Both the position numbers and the translations under genes were made by a program. From a bacterium (GTDB lineage: Bacteria > Patescibacteriota > Saccharimonadia > CAILAD01 > GCA-016700035), in contig CP064998.1 in the NCBI GenBank assembly GCA_016700035.1, positions 791,551 to 855,550 on the forward strand: a DNA stretch of 64,000 nucleotides, written 5' to 3'. Below the pieces are notes generated by a model. That model was not told the DNA's origin. It was given only the letters and a program-made list of their open reading frames with translations, and ran no database searches. How positions within the stretch are numbered: position 1 is the first letter of the stretch; every line of letters starts with the position of its first letter. This document shows, piece after piece, positions 9,926-22,600 of this stretch.

Positions 9926-11335
9926 TTATACCTGTTGAAAAGTTTTTTTGGAAGCTCGCCGAGCACCTAAGAGCATAAAAATACCGAGCCCCACAAAACT
10001 TGCCCACATCGCAATTAGCCCTAAAAATACTTGCACACTAGCATATGGTAAGCGGGCTAGCATCTGAACAATTTGTAATATCAGCTGTAAAAACCAATCA
10101 CTAAAACTGGCAATAATACCAGCCGGGCCCCAAGGAAATATTCCAGCCACAGAAGCCAGAAAACTGAACAACATTGCCAGCGGTATAAGTGGCAGTACGA
10201 TGCTATTGGCTAATGGTGCAATAATCGAAAAACTACCAAAAATATGAGCAATGAGAGGTGCCGTGGCAAGATGTGCCCCCAACGAAACAGCAAAAATCTC
10301 CCAAGCAATCCTATACCGCTTGGGGTTATGCGGTGTAAAAAGTGGAGCTAAAAATATCACACCAGCTAAAGCTAAAACTGATAACTGCCAAGATAAATCC
10401 CAGTATAAATAAGCTGGACTCCAGGCTGTCATCGTAAGCATTGTTACGGCCAGAGCAGTTGATGCAGATAGCCTACGATTTTGCGATCCTACCAGCAATA
10501 CAAAACTACTCATCACGGCAGCTCGTAATACTGACGAAGTTGCCCCTGTCATCACCACAAAAAAGACAATTAAACCCAAGATCGGTAAAACCGTCTTAAG
10601 ACGAAGACGTCCACCAAAAAAAGTCAGCACCAGGGCTGTAATAATTGTCAAATTAAAACCAGATACAGCTACAATATGAGTCAAGCCAGCCTGCCGTGTC
10701 GCCTCTTGTAGACTACCTGGCAACTGACTACTGCCGCCAAATAACAGGCCACTAGCAAAACTAGCCGACACTGGCGATAAAGCCTGAGTTAGGCCATTTT
10801 GCATCGTGCGCTTTATGCGGACTGGTAGTGGCGGAATTGTTGAAAGCGTCTCGACATCGGCATACCATACTTGAGCAGACGCTCGGCCTAGTGCTCGACC
10901 TAACTTACCTCGCACTTGCACTGTCTGCCCTTCAGTAAACTGCCCAGAGAGAGTTTTAACTTTTACCAGCTCTGAAAAATGATGATTGTCCCACCTCACA
11001 TCGCCAATATAGAATTCATACAGCTTATCGTCATTCCAATGTGAGCCAGCCTGCACCACACCAGTGAGCTCAACTTTTTTACCAATTAAATCTCTTACGC
11101 CAAAGCTATCTTGTGCTGCAATATGCATCTGTCCACGTAATAAGCCGGCACATAAAAATAATATGAAAAATACTATATAGCCAATTTTTGACTTTACATA
11201 TATTGCGCAAATACATACTCCGGCCAATAGCACGGCCCACAGCCAAAGTGAATAATTGGTGTAGAATTGCGTAGCCAAGCCAAGCCCCAAAAGCCAGGCC
11301 AAAACAGCCACCCAAATAAGTTTTGTTCGCTTCAT
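9926..11335 (-). CDS. comEC: ComEC/Rec2-family DNA uptake channel protein (no beta-lactamase domain)
   Basis: An N-terminal DUF4131-like OB region, then a polytopic competence-domain membrane core. 469 aa. Confidence 0.7.
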   Translation of the reverse strand: MKRTKLIWVAVLAWLLGLGLATQFYTNYSLWLWAVLLAGVCICAIYVKSKIGYIVFFILFLCAGLLRGQMHIAAQDSFGVRDLIGKKVELTGVVQAGSHWNDDKLYEFYIGDVRWDNHHFSELVKVKTLSGQFTEGQTVQVRGKLGRALGRASAQVWYADVETLSTIPPLPVRIKRTMQNGLTQALSPVSASFASGLLFGGSSQLPGSLQEATRQAGLTHIVAVSGFNLTIITALVLTFFGGRLRLKTVLPILGLIVFFVVMTGATSSVLRAAVMSSFVLLVGSQNRRLSASTALAVTMLTMTAWSPAYLYWDLSWQLSVLALAGVIFLAPLFTPHNPKRYRIAWEIFAVSLGAHLATAPLIAHIFGSFSIIAPLANSIVLPLIPLAMLFSFLASVAGIFPWGPAGIIASFSDWFLQLILQIVQMLARLPYASVQVFLGLIAMWASFVGLGIFMLLGARRASKKTFQQV

Positions 11336-11794
11336 ATTTGGCTATCGTACGCCGTTGCTGAGCCCAAGCCAAGCTTGGAGCAGTTTTAGAGATCGCCGTT
11401 TGTCGCCCTAAGCAAGCGTGGGATAGCTTCGAGTGGATTAACCCCCACATCTGTTCCGCCAAAAAATCTTAAAGCTAACCACGCCATCAGAAAAAGCCAC
11501 GCTACAATTACAAGTATGGCAAGTGGCCAAAACAACCAAGCTGGAATGCGACGGTATGGGTGCATGTCTTTTATATTTTAGCATGAGTGGTATAAATTAG
11601 CCTCTACAGATTGACTTTTAGTGATTTTTCAGGTTAAATAAGTAAGTTATTTACTCAAATTTACAAGCCAAGTACTTGATGTAAATCCTTATGCTTTATA
11701 ATGAGTAAGTTAATATAAAGCTACTTACTTTTTTATAAAGAAGATACGTGGTGTAGCTCGCTGTAAGTAGTGTAATCGAAGTAACTTCTGGCGT

Positions 11795-11871
11795 GGGCCC
11801 ATAGCTCAGTTGGTTAGAGCGACAGCCTTTTAAGCTGTGCGTCCTGGGTTCGAATCCCAGTGGGCCCTCCA
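11795..11871 (+). tRNA. tRNA-Lys (anticodon UUU), CCA encoded
   Basis: Cloverleaf read by hand. Acceptor stem GGGCCCA/TGGGCCC, D arm agctcagttggttagagc, anticodon loop cuUUUaa, T arm gggttcgaatccc. Confidence 0.85.
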
Positions 11872-11877
11872 ATTAAA

Positions 11878-11901
11878 GGCCACCCTTCATGGGTGGTTTT
11901 T
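11878..11901 (+). terminator. Rho-independent terminator after tRNA-Lys
   Basis: The hairpin ggccaccc-ttca-tgggtgg is followed by ttttt. Confidence 0.55.
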
Positions 11902-12019
11902 AATTGGAAAATTCTTTGATTTGAATCCAGTAGCCCAAAGAGCTGGGTTCGGCGTAGCAAAGACACGCGCAGGGGCTTGCTCCGAGCATGACTGCGGCAA
12001 AAAAGACGCTTGCGCCGCT

Positions 12020-12037
12020 ATCCCAGTGGGCCCTCCA
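12020..12037 (+). repeat. 18-bp direct repeat of the tRNA-Lys 3' end (atcccagtgggccctcca), att-like scar
   Basis: An exact copy of tRNA positions 11854-11871 lies 148 bp downstream. Confidence 0.6.
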
Positions 12038-12114
12038 GTTTGACCTTATTACCCCCCAGCAGGAATACTGTAACTAAAGAGCCGCTACGGCTCTTTTTTT
12101 GTTATCATTAGGCC

Positions 12115-12540
12115 ATGGTGTCCAAGACTAAAAAATTCAGTTCAAAACAGCTTTTGTTTCAAGAGGTATTTGTGGGTACGCTCGTTTATATAACAGTGCT
12201 TGGTTTTTTTAGTGACTATACTGACGTTGTTTATGTAAAGAGTTTTTCAACGATATTCTTTGCTAGTATTGTGCTAGAAATACTTACCTATCTGGCGTTT
12301 CAAGTAAAAGATCTTATTATAGCCTGGCTGAAAGACCGCACAGGAAGTTTGTATCGTATGCTCATGTTCTTTTGCGTGTGGCTTGTAATGTTCTTGTCTA
12401 AGTTTATCTTCATTTGGGTACTAGACTTTTTATTTGGTAACTATATAAAAATCAATGGTTTCTTCGGAATATTACTGGTAGTTTTATGCGTAACTATTAT
12501 TCATAAGCTTGCATATAAAATCTTTATTAAGCTTGGATGA
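12115..12540 (+). CDS. Hypothetical polytopic membrane protein
   Basis: 141 aa with about 4 TM helices, AT-rich. Confidence 0.4.
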   Translation: MVSKTKKFSSKQLLFQEVFVGTLVYITVLGFFSDYTDVVYVKSFSTIFFASIVLEILTYLAFQVKDLIIAWLKDRTGSLYRMLMFFCVWLVMFLSKFIFIWVLDFLFGNYIKINGFFGILLVVLCVTIIHKLAYKIFIKLG

Positions 12541-12783
12541 GTAGCAATATAGGATTCTGAGATAGTTTGGAGTCTACTGTTATACCGTCTGCAAAGTTGT
12601 TGTCTTGAGCATACACTTTGTGAGAGTCGGTAAATATTGCAAAAAGCCCAAAGCTAAGTACCGCAAATATAATACTTAGCTGAACTAGATGTTTTTTAGT
12701 ATCTAGTGACAAGCTTACTAAGCATGATTATAGCGTGAGTGGTATAGAAGAATAATTAAGTAAAATAACTAATATTCTAATTG

Positions 12784-13689
12784 TTACGCGCCAATTTTAT
12801 CGCGACGACGCTTGCCTTTGGCGCGCTCCACCACAAAATCTATCATTTTAGAGGCAATGTCCTCACCCGTCTGAGCCTCAATCCCTTCCAAACCTGGTGA
12901 GCTATTTACCTCTAGCACTAATGGCCCACGCCGAGACCGAATAAGATCTACTCCAGCAATCGAAAGACCCAGTGTTGAGGCAGCCTTGAGGGCAACATTT
13001 TGCTCTTTTTTAGAGAGCTCAACTGGCGTTGACTCGCCACCGCGGTGCAAATTTGACCGAAACTCACCTTCCTGGCCCTTGCGCATCATCGCACCAACAA
13101 TCTTATCGCCCACTACAATCACTCGGATATCTGCACCATCAGCTTCTTCAATAAATTCTTGCAAAATAAAGTTGGCATTGATCGAGTTAAAGGCTTCAAT
13201 TACCGACTTAGCAGCTTTTTTAGTTTCTGCTAGCACCACACCTTTACCTTGCGTAGATTCTAAAAGCTTTACTACCACTGGCGCACCACCAACCAGCTCT
13301 AGAAGCTCTGCGGCATCCGATGTTTGAGAAGCAAAAACAGTTTTTGGAATACCCACACCAGCGCGAGCCAAGAGTTGCATGGAACGCAACTTATCACGCG
13401 AGCGCACCAGGGCCAGTGAGCTCGTGGCGGTATAGGCTCGCATCATCTCAAACTGGCGCAATACAGCCGCTCCATAGTTGGTGTAACGGGCGGCAATACG
13501 TGGAACCACCGCCTCCACCTCATCTACCGAGCGACCCTCCCAGTGTACCGAAGGGTTGCGACTCTCAATTGCCATGTAGGCCTTGGTGTAATCAACCACC
13601 ACCGGTGTATGACCCTTGGCATTTGCGGCCTCCACTAAGCGACGGGTTGAGTAATTTTTTCTACCGGCTGATAAAATAGCAATTTTCAT
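12784..13689 (-). CDS. rimK: RimK-family alpha-L-glutamate ligase (ATP-grasp)
   Basis: N-terminus MKIAILS. ATP-grasp motifs VVVKLLESTQGKGVVL and DLIRS..GPLVLEVNSSPGLEGIE. Confidence 0.85.
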   Translation of the reverse strand: MKIAILSAGRKNYSTRRLVEAANAKGHTPVVVDYTKAYMAIESRNPSVHWEGRSVDEVEAVVPRIAARYTNYGAAVLRQFEMMRAYTATSSLALVRSRDKLRSMQLLARAGVGIPKTVFASQTSDAAELLELVGGAPVVVKLLESTQGKGVVLAETKKAAKSVIEAFNSINANFILQEFIEEADGADIRVIVVGDKIVGAMMRKGQEGEFRSNLHRGGESTPVELSKKEQNVALKAASTLGLSIAGVDLIRSRRGPLVLEVNSSPGLEGIEAQTGEDIASKMIDFVVERAKGKRRRDKIGA

Positions 13690-15170
13690 GATTTGGTAAT
13701 CTCCCCTCGGGATAATTCAACATTAACTAAATAATTTCCACGCAGTAATTTGCGTCCCAGAAGCATCGGTACCTTCTGACTCTGGCGATTTGTCAGAGTA
13801 AACTGAGTTTGATGATCCCGGCCTTGGATACGTACAATTGTACGTATCTTATAGCGATCTTGCCACTGTCCAGTTGAACTTTTTACCTGCACCGTCTCAA
13901 AATCACGACTCACGCACTCCACAAAATCCTCCGAATGGGTTCGGCCATCCACAAAATGCGGTACACGAAAGTGTAGCTCATCACCCCGCTTGGTGTGCTT
14001 AATATGAATACCCTCAGCGTGTAAGGCACCACTATATGCGCCAGTATCTGTCTTAGCAGATACACCCGTAATACCAAATTCTGGCAGGCCAACCACCTCA
14101 ATTCTACCAATAACTTTTTTAGGCAGACTAGCTGATGCCTGGCGATGATAGCGCTTTGCCACCGTTCGGCGCAAATAGTTAACAAAACCAGGAATATTTT
14201 CTTCAATATAGGCACCGGTTACAATTTGTGAACCCTGATTGACCTCCAAGATTGCCTTGCGCCCGGTATTCTTATCAAGAATTACATCCACACCGGCCAC
14301 TGATAAATTCATCACCTGCGCAGAACGAGTAGCTAATTCTAGCATTCTAGACGACACTTTGTTATGCGCAACAAGCTGGGCTGATCCGCCAGCTGAGGTG
14401 TTATTTAGATGACTTTTACCATCACCCACACGATGAATCACCATACCCGGCTCGCCACCATAAACTTGCACACGCCAATCGCCATCATTAGCAACATAAT
14501 CTTGAATAAGCCAATCTACTGCACTACCTTGGGTTAGAGTACGCCCCGCTTGTGCAGTCTTGATTAAGTGATTATCCCGTCCTTTTTGCCCGATTGTAGA
14601 CTTAATAATTGCTGGATAACTCACCCACTCACTCTTCAGTACAGCTTGAATATGTTTAGCTGGCGCATAAACCGTTCGCACCACCGGTATCCGCTCCGAC
14701 CACAACTTCAGCGTAGTTACTAGCTTATTGGCAGCCCCCTTCTGCTCAACCGCCTCATCGATAAACGGCACACCCTTAGCGCGTAAATAAATTGCCAGTG
14801 CGGCAGCTACATCCGGCATACTCTCCCAGGCCTTAAAATAAACAAAGTCATAGCTAGCTGGATCTTTTTTGGTTTGCCAATCGAATACCAATGCCTTACG
14901 TTTATCAACCACAAAGACCAGATCTTCAAGTGCCATCACCTCGGCTTCAGCGAAATCAAAATTACCATATTTTTTTAAACGCGTAATAAAACCAGCGCCA
15001 CGAGTTGATGTTAGGCTAGCTTCCCGCGTAAAGATAAACAAGATCTTCGGATTATTGAGGGCTGGCTTAACCACGTTGAGCTCCTTCTTCTGCTGCACGT
15101 TGCATGTACTCAAGTAGCACCTGCATTTTTTGTTCGGGGTCAGCACCCAACTGAATGGCTGGGGCCTCAT
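13686..15170 (-). CDS. ATP-grasp ligase fused to C-terminal RimK-associated (retropepsin-like) protease domain
   Basis: The central ATP-grasp region has VAGVDVILDKNTGRKAILEVNQGSQI. The C-terminal ~150 aa (IGRIEVVGLPEFGITGVSAKTDTGAYSGALHA...VNVEL) matches the RimK-associated protease domain family. The 5' end overlaps the upstream gene by 104 nt, so the true start is uncertain. Confidence 0.6.
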   Translation of the reverse strand: MRPQPFSWVLTPNKKCRCYLSTCNVQQKKELNVVKPALNNPKILFIFTREASLTSTRGAGFITRLKKYGNFDFAEAEVMALEDLVFVVDKRKALVFDWQTKKDPASYDFVYFKAWESMPDVAAALAIYLRAKGVPFIDEAVEQKGAANKLVTTLKLWSERIPVVRTVYAPAKHIQAVLKSEWVSYPAIIKSTIGQKGRDNHLIKTAQAGRTLTQGSAVDWLIQDYVANDGDWRVQVYGGEPGMVIHRVGDGKSHLNNTSAGGSAQLVAHNKVSSRMLELATRSAQVMNLSVAGVDVILDKNTGRKAILEVNQGSQIVTGAYIEENIPGFVNYLRRTVAKRYHRQASASLPKKVIGRIEVVGLPEFGITGVSAKTDTGAYSGALHAEGIHIKHTKRGDELHFRVPHFVDGRTHSEDFVECVSRDFETVQVKSSTGQWQDRYKIRTIVRIQGRDHQTQFTLTNRQSQKVPMLLGRKLLRGNYLVNVELSRGEITKS

Positions 15171-16008
15171 TAATTTCTAAAATAATATGCTCACCGGTAT
15201 TTTTATTAATCAATAAATCTAACCCACAAAACTGCTCTCGACCAACCAAGCGAGCCGCCTTCAGGCTATCCTCGCGTTGCTTCGGGGTTAGAACAGATGC
15301 GTCAAAAATACTAGCTTCGGCATTTTGCGAGGTATTATTTAAATGCGTATCTTCAGCAATCCTAGCTCGCTTCATCACCAGCTTGATCTCTCCACCTAAT
15401 ATAAGTACTCGATAATCAAACTCATTGGCAATAAATGGCTGTGCAATGAATGTCACGCTAGAGTGTTCAGCGAGTTTGGCTTTGAGTTCAGCGTAGCTGT
15501 GGATTAAGAAATTGTTATTACCACCAAAATCCTGAATACTTTTTAGTATAAAAGGATACGAATATGGTGGGTTTTTCCTAAAAAGCTTGCGCAACTCACG
15601 GGCCGAAGTTGAAATACCATCCGGCAGTGGCAAATTTTGGTTTACCATGAGGGCCTGCTGACCAATTTTAGACAGTGGTGTGAATCGCCCAACTTCTGGA
15701 GTAAAATATGAGATTTGACAATAATCTAGATATTTAGCTGCTACCAAAGCCTGCTGCTGACGCTTGTGAAATAGCTCAAAATACACCAAATCAAACTCCG
15801 CCAAATCCATACCAGTCATTGATTCAATAATTTTTAAGCTATTGTTTTTAAAGCAAATCTGTAAATCTTTCAAGGAACCTTGAAAAAGTTGCATGCCAAA
15901 GTCACCCGCTCGTTCGGCTAACGGGTTAAATAATAGCTTGTAGTAGCCAGTTTTGTGGCTCCTAAAGCTATAAAGAATTAGTACTTTATAGGGCTTTTTT
16001 GTAGTCAT
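15067..16008 (-). CDS. RimK-like ATP-grasp ligase, third paralog
   Basis: GLDLLINKNTGEHIILEINEAPAIQ and DYRVLILGGE are ATP-grasp B and C subdomain motifs. 313 aa. Confidence 0.65.
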   Translation of the reverse strand: MTTKKPYKVLILYSFRSHKTGYYKLLFNPLAERAGDFGMQLFQGSLKDLQICFKNNSLKIIESMTGMDLAEFDLVYFELFHKRQQQALVAAKYLDYCQISYFTPEVGRFTPLSKIGQQALMVNQNLPLPDGISTSARELRKLFRKNPPYSYPFILKSIQDFGGNNNFLIHSYAELKAKLAEHSSVTFIAQPFIANEFDYRVLILGGEIKLVMKRARIAEDTHLNNTSQNAEASIFDASVLTPKQREDSLKAARLVGREQFCGLDLLINKNTGEHIILEINEAPAIQLGADPEQKMQVLLEYMQRAAEEGAQRG

Positions 16009-16093
16009 GCTTATAGTAACTTTAGAAGACCATAATTATACTATATTTTTATACTATTGTCCAGATTAAATAGCCCTAATTGAGCCAGGAATA

Positions 16094-16654
16094 CTATTTC
16101 TTTTTCTTGCCCTTTTTACCTTTTTTATCATCATCTTCTTTTGTTTTTCGCTTCCAGACCGTAATTAAGATAAGCCAGCCAGTCATTGCAGTGAGTAGCC
16201 ACAATCGGTTTTCAGCCGCTAGAGCAATGAGATTATATTCTTCCAGCACTTTAGTTGATATATCATGCGCCAAATAACTCTGCGTATAACCAATTAGGGT
16301 GGCGGCAGTTAAAAACGCCAGTACAAAACTTCGCAAGCCAAATCGCCCCCCCACTGAAGGCGTTTTTCCAAGCGATAAGCCAACCGTCACGACCAACAAT
16401 ACTACTAACTGCACAAAAGCTGCATCAATCGGACCATTAATGGACGAATCGAGCTGGCGAGCTAAAAAACCACCTAGCTGATCGGCCACAAAAAAACCCG
16501 CTAAAAGGGCCGTGGCAATTCGCTTAAGCCGGCCTTCACCAAATATAAAAGCCAGTAAAAAAAATATACCAATAACAGCAAAAACGTAAATATTTCCATC
16601 AATATTAAGTGGTCCAAACTGCATATGCTTAAGATTATACACCTCCCCAAACAA
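16094..16654 (-). CDS. Membrane protein with poly-lysine C-terminal tail (KRKTKEDDDKKGKKGKKKK)
   Basis: Four TM helices. The tail is encoded by an A/T-rich stretch at 16094-16150. Confidence 0.45.
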   Translation of the reverse strand: MFGEVYNLKHMQFGPLNIDGNIYVFAVIGIFFLLAFIFGEGRLKRIATALLAGFFVADQLGGFLARQLDSSINGPIDAAFVQLVVLLVVTVGLSLGKTPSVGGRFGLRSFVLAFLTAATLIGYTQSYLAHDISTKVLEEYNLIALAAENRLWLLTAMTGWLILITVWKRKTKEDDDKKGKKGKKKK

Positions 16655-16769
16655 GCAAAGAAACTGGCTAATCTTTAAATCATTGCTTGCTTTTAATTTT
16701 CCAGACTGATACTATCTGGTACTAGCCACAGGTAAACACTGCACCTACCAGCCGAGAGAGGTCTTTAAG

Positions 16770-17171
16770 ATGTCTGATTTTATGCCAGACTTGGAATTAG
16801 AAGAAGACTCAGATGCCGAAATTAAGCACCCGGTGAGCTACTACTACCAGATAGTTTGCTCGGACTCCCAGGCGCAAATTATCTTCACTCTATCAAAAGA
16901 GTTTGGTATTACAGCTATTGAAGACCCACATCTGGTAATACCCAGGCTCATCCAGTACTGCATCGCGATGTCTTTTTACAAAGATTTTGACTACGAGCCT
17001 GCTGGCTTTAAACTGGTGCTCAGACCAGAATACGCCAAGCTCATGCGGGTCAATGGATTTTTCCGTACACAATTCTTAGCCGATGCAACAGAAGCTGTCC
17101 GCTATGCGCTCAATCGTGATGTCTATTTCGCACCACTCGCACCAGAAGGCCTATGGCCAGATATTTTCTAG
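16770..17171 (+). CDS. Hypothetical protein (acidic N-terminus)
   Basis: 133-aa ORF with RBS gagagagg. Confidence 0.4.
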   Translation: MSDFMPDLELEEDSDAEIKHPVSYYYQIVCSDSQAQIIFTLSKEFGITAIEDPHLVIPRLIQYCIAMSFYKDFDYEPAGFKLVLRPEYAKLMRVNGFFRTQFLADATEAVRYALNRDVYFAPLAPEGLWPDIF

Positions 17172-17201
17172 TCTTTTTGCACCTCACGCAGAAAGACTCT
17201 T

Positions 17202-18113
17202 TTATTTGAAAAAGCCTTTTTTCTTAGAAGCTTTTCGATATTCTTCCAAAGCCTGCTTCTGCTTATGAGAAAGCTTATGAGGTATTTCAACTAACACCTC
17301 TACCAAATGATCGCCATGTCGATGAGTACCAGGAATTGGCATACCTTTTCCGGTTAGTTTAAGGGTTTTACCAGGTTGAGTGCCAGCTGGAACTTTAATT
17401 GTAATTTCACCTTCCAACGTTTTTATATCTATCTCCGTACCCAGCGCCGCATCGACCATATCAATCTTTACTCGCGACACCAGACTAGCGCCGTGCCTCT
17501 CAAAGCCTTTAGGCTCACGCACATGAATTTCAACATACAGATCACCGCGTGATCCACCCTGCCCATGCTCCCCTTTGCCAGCCATACGAATTGATTGGCC
17601 ATTATCAATACCGGCCGGTATTTTTACTTTAACCGTCTCGCTCTTTCGCTCACCTGTCGTTCGATCCATGACGCGCAAATTTAGCTCTCGTGTGGTGCCT
17701 TTTACCGCCTCATCAAAATCAATCGCTAACGCCACTTGCACATCTCGTGGTCGATTGCGCATACCACCAAAAATTTCAGAAAAAATATCACCAAAGCCAC
17801 CAGCCCCCGAGAAATCGAACTGCACACCATCAAATCCTCCGCCAAACGGATTACCTCCAGCAAAGGGGTTGCCTCCTGGTCCACCAGCGTTGGCGGCACC
17901 AGCTGAATGGCCAAACTGGTCGTAAGCTGCCCGCTTCTGTTCATCCGAGAGAACTTCGTAAGCTTCTCCTGCTTCCTTAAACTTCTTCTCATCACCACCC
18001 TCACGGTCTGGATGATACTTGAGGGCAGCTTTCTTAAATGCCTTCTTTATATCATCTTGGCTAGCTCCTTTTTGGACACCCAAAATATCATAATAATCAC
18101 GTTTGCTAGTCAT
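17202..18113 (-). CDS. dnaJ: J-domain co-chaperone DnaJ, class II (no zinc-finger domain)
   Basis: J domain YYDILGV...HPD. A G/F-rich region and two C-terminal substrate-binding domains. It lacks CxxCxGxG repeats. Confidence 0.8.
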   Translation of the reverse strand: MTSKRDYYDILGVQKGASQDDIKKAFKKAALKYHPDREGGDEKKFKEAGEAYEVLSDEQKRAAYDQFGHSAGAANAGGPGGNPFAGGNPFGGGFDGVQFDFSGAGGFGDIFSEIFGGMRNRPRDVQVALAIDFDEAVKGTTRELNLRVMDRTTGERKSETVKVKIPAGIDNGQSIRMAGKGEHGQGGSRGDLYVEIHVREPKGFERHGASLVSRVKIDMVDAALGTEIDIKTLEGEITIKVPAGTQPGKTLKLTGKGMPIPGTHRHGDHLVEVLVEIPHKLSHKQKQALEEYRKASKKKGFFK

Positions 18114-18937
18114 TTTTTATCCTCACGCTTTTTAGGTTTTTTAGTGGGTTTACGCGCTGGTTCAATAGCTGGCTTTTCTGGTTGTGGCACCACCATGGTT
18201 GGCAACATGCTAGCCAGCCGAGAGCCTGTAAAAACTGATGGTGCGCTAGATTGCGATCTATGATGGTGCTCTGCATGGGGCTTGCTCTGTTCTGGGTGGT
18301 TAATCTTCTGCTCGGCTGGCTTGGCTTTTTTAGGTGCTGGGGCTAACACTTCTGCCGCGTGCCTAGAAGTAATAGTATAGCGCTTATCAGCCGTACGGGC
18401 CAAGGCAGCATTACTCACACCACGAAAACCAATGTATACCAGCTCAGCACCACGTCTTTTCGACTCTAATACTGCCGGCATTAGATCACCATCAGAGGAA
18501 AGCAAAACAAGCCGAACATTATCACCAGAAGCTCGAATCATATCGGTTGCAATAGTGACATCCACACCCTTCTCCACAAGCACCGGCTCGCGATGACCAC
18601 ATTCTACGCAGGGTTTGCCATCGCGCACCAAAAGATGCCCAGCTTCGATGTAATCTACTTTTTGCGATTCCAGTACTTTACGCCACGCTTCAGCATCAGC
18701 AGCATAGCGCTCGGTGCGCTCCTTTAGTTCTGGTGTTTTATCAATGATATGAATTTTTGAGGCATAATAGCTAATACTTGCAGTACGAATGCTTGGATCT
18801 TGCAAGATATTTTCAAATAACTTGCGAATATTTACACGAGAAAGCTCATCGCGATAGCGGATTAGCTTGCGTGACGCCAGCGAATCACGTAGTTGGTAGA
18901 CAAAGTTTTCACCATCAATAAAAAAGATTGTTTTCAT
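18110..18937 (-). CDS. NYN (LabA/PIN-like) domain protein with basic low-complexity tail
   Basis: FIDGENF...[10 protein letters not shown]...[10 protein letters not shown] matches the NYN nuclease fold signature. The C-terminus is KPAEQK...[10 protein letters not shown]. Confidence 0.6.
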   Translation of the reverse strand: MKTIFFIDGENFVYQLRDSLASRKLIRYRDELSRVNIRKLFENILQDPSIRTASISYYASKIHIIDKTPELKERTERYAADAEAWRKVLESQKVDYIEAGHLLVRDGKPCVECGHREPVLVEKGVDVTIATDMIRASGDNVRLVLLSSDGDLMPAVLESKRRGAELVYIGFRGVSNAALARTADKRYTITSRHAAEVLAPAPKKAKPAEQKINHPEQSKPHAEHHHRSQSSAPSVFTGSRLASMLPTMVVPQPEKPAIEPARKPTKKPKKREDKK

Positions 18938-19260
18938 GATTTTTTCTTATCCTTTGGTTGATCTTTTAAGCCGATCCAGCCAGCTACACCAGCACCAACA
19001 AAAGCTAGTACCGCCATATCATACGGATGATAGCGCAAGTATGTCGCTGGACCCACGCAAGCAATAAACCCCTTCCCCTCATCGCGATTTGGCCACCACT
19101 GCCAGAAGAAATACACATCTTCCCAGCTATTTTGGTACGAGTTCACTTCTTCGCCACGAGCGCACTCTTGCGACAGCTTCTCACTCACGGTGGTGGTGGC
19201 AAAATACCCCGCCGTGAGGAGTAATACTATCGCAATGGTTAGTGCAGTAAGAGATTTCAA
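18934..19260 (-). CDS. Hypothetical secreted/membrane small protein
   Basis: 108 aa with an N-terminal hydrophobic segment and a Trp-rich sequence. Confidence 0.4.
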   Translation of the reverse strand: MKSLTALTIAIVLLLTAGYFATTTVSEKLSQECARGEEVNSYQNSWEDVYFFWQWWPNRDEGKGFIACVGPATYLRYHPYDMAVLAFVGAGVAGWIGLKDQPKDKKKS

Positions 19261-19263
19261 AAG

Positions 19264-21729
<2,466 letters not shown>

Positions 21730-21737
<8 letters not shown>

Positions 21738-22431
21738 TTAATACTTCCTCCAATGTTGTTCCTGTCAATGTTACTAAACTTGTTACCTTAGGATAATCCT
21801 GGCGAGTTGGCCCAACCACGCCAATGTAGCTACTGGCTGAGTATGGGCTTTCAAAGCGCGCTACCACCATTGCCATCCCACTGGTGCGAGCAAATGGGTT
21901 CTCCTGGCCAATAAATACCCCTAAATCGTCCTGAAAGCCAGTTGCTAAGAGCCACTCTGAGAGAGCATCCAGATATCGGGCGGCGGCGGCGGCTCGTAAT
22001 TGCAGGGCAAATTCGGGCTGCGAGAATAGCTGATGTAAGCCATGATAGTAAACTGTATCCGATAAAGTAGCAAAGGCCATATTGCCGGTCATGTCTGACA
22101 AGGTCTCAGTGGCAATCTTAATTGCCCGATCAGCCCTATCTTTTAATGATGCGACTCGCTTCTCAACTGTCTGAACAGTGCGCTCCTTGGGCGCGTCAGC
22201 AGACAGGTGATTAACGTAATAACGATAACCTTTATCAGTTGGTACGCGACCAGCTGAAATGTGGGGCTGATAAATATAGTCAGCGCGCTCTAAGGCTACC
22301 ATTTCAGCCCGAATTGTAGCTGAGCTAACATCGAAAACCTCACACAAGGCATGAGAGCTCACCGGCTCGGCACTGGCTGAATACTGGCGAACAATCTCCA
22401 TTAAAACTGCGGCTTGACGTTTGGTTATCAT
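21730..22431 (-). CDS. hrcA: Heat-inducible transcription repressor HrcA (short form)
   Basis: N-terminal winged helix MITKRQAAVLMEIVRQY. It is first in the hrcA-grpE-dnaK order, with CIRCE elements upstream. At 233 aa it is shorter than typical HrcA. Confidence 0.75.
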
Positions 22432-22554
22432 AGTAAGTTTGGGCTAGGACAGATTGTAAATTTTAAGATGTAATACACCAAATAAGCTGTTGTCAGAAGG
22501 TAGCTAAGAGGTTTTTACTCCTTAAAAGCCAATCTGTCCGCTGCTGCACCCACA

Positions 22555-22581
22555 TTAGCACTAGCAACATTAGAGTGCTAG
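22555..22581 (-). promoter_or_regulatory. CIRCE operator 1 (ttagcacta-N9-gagtgctag)
   Basis: Matches the CIRCE consensus TTAGCACTC-N9-GAGTGCTAA at 16 of 18 positions. About 125 bp upstream of hrcA. Confidence 0.8.
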
Positions 22582-22600
22582 TACTTCTATATTAGTCTTG

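Noticed and set aside
11106-11462. 118-aa minus-strand ORF overlapping the ComEC start
   Set aside because: It overlaps comEC out of frame with no RBS. It is probably spurious.
13320-13679. Proline-rich 119-aa plus-strand ORF
   Set aside because: It lies entirely antisense to the conserved RimK gene.
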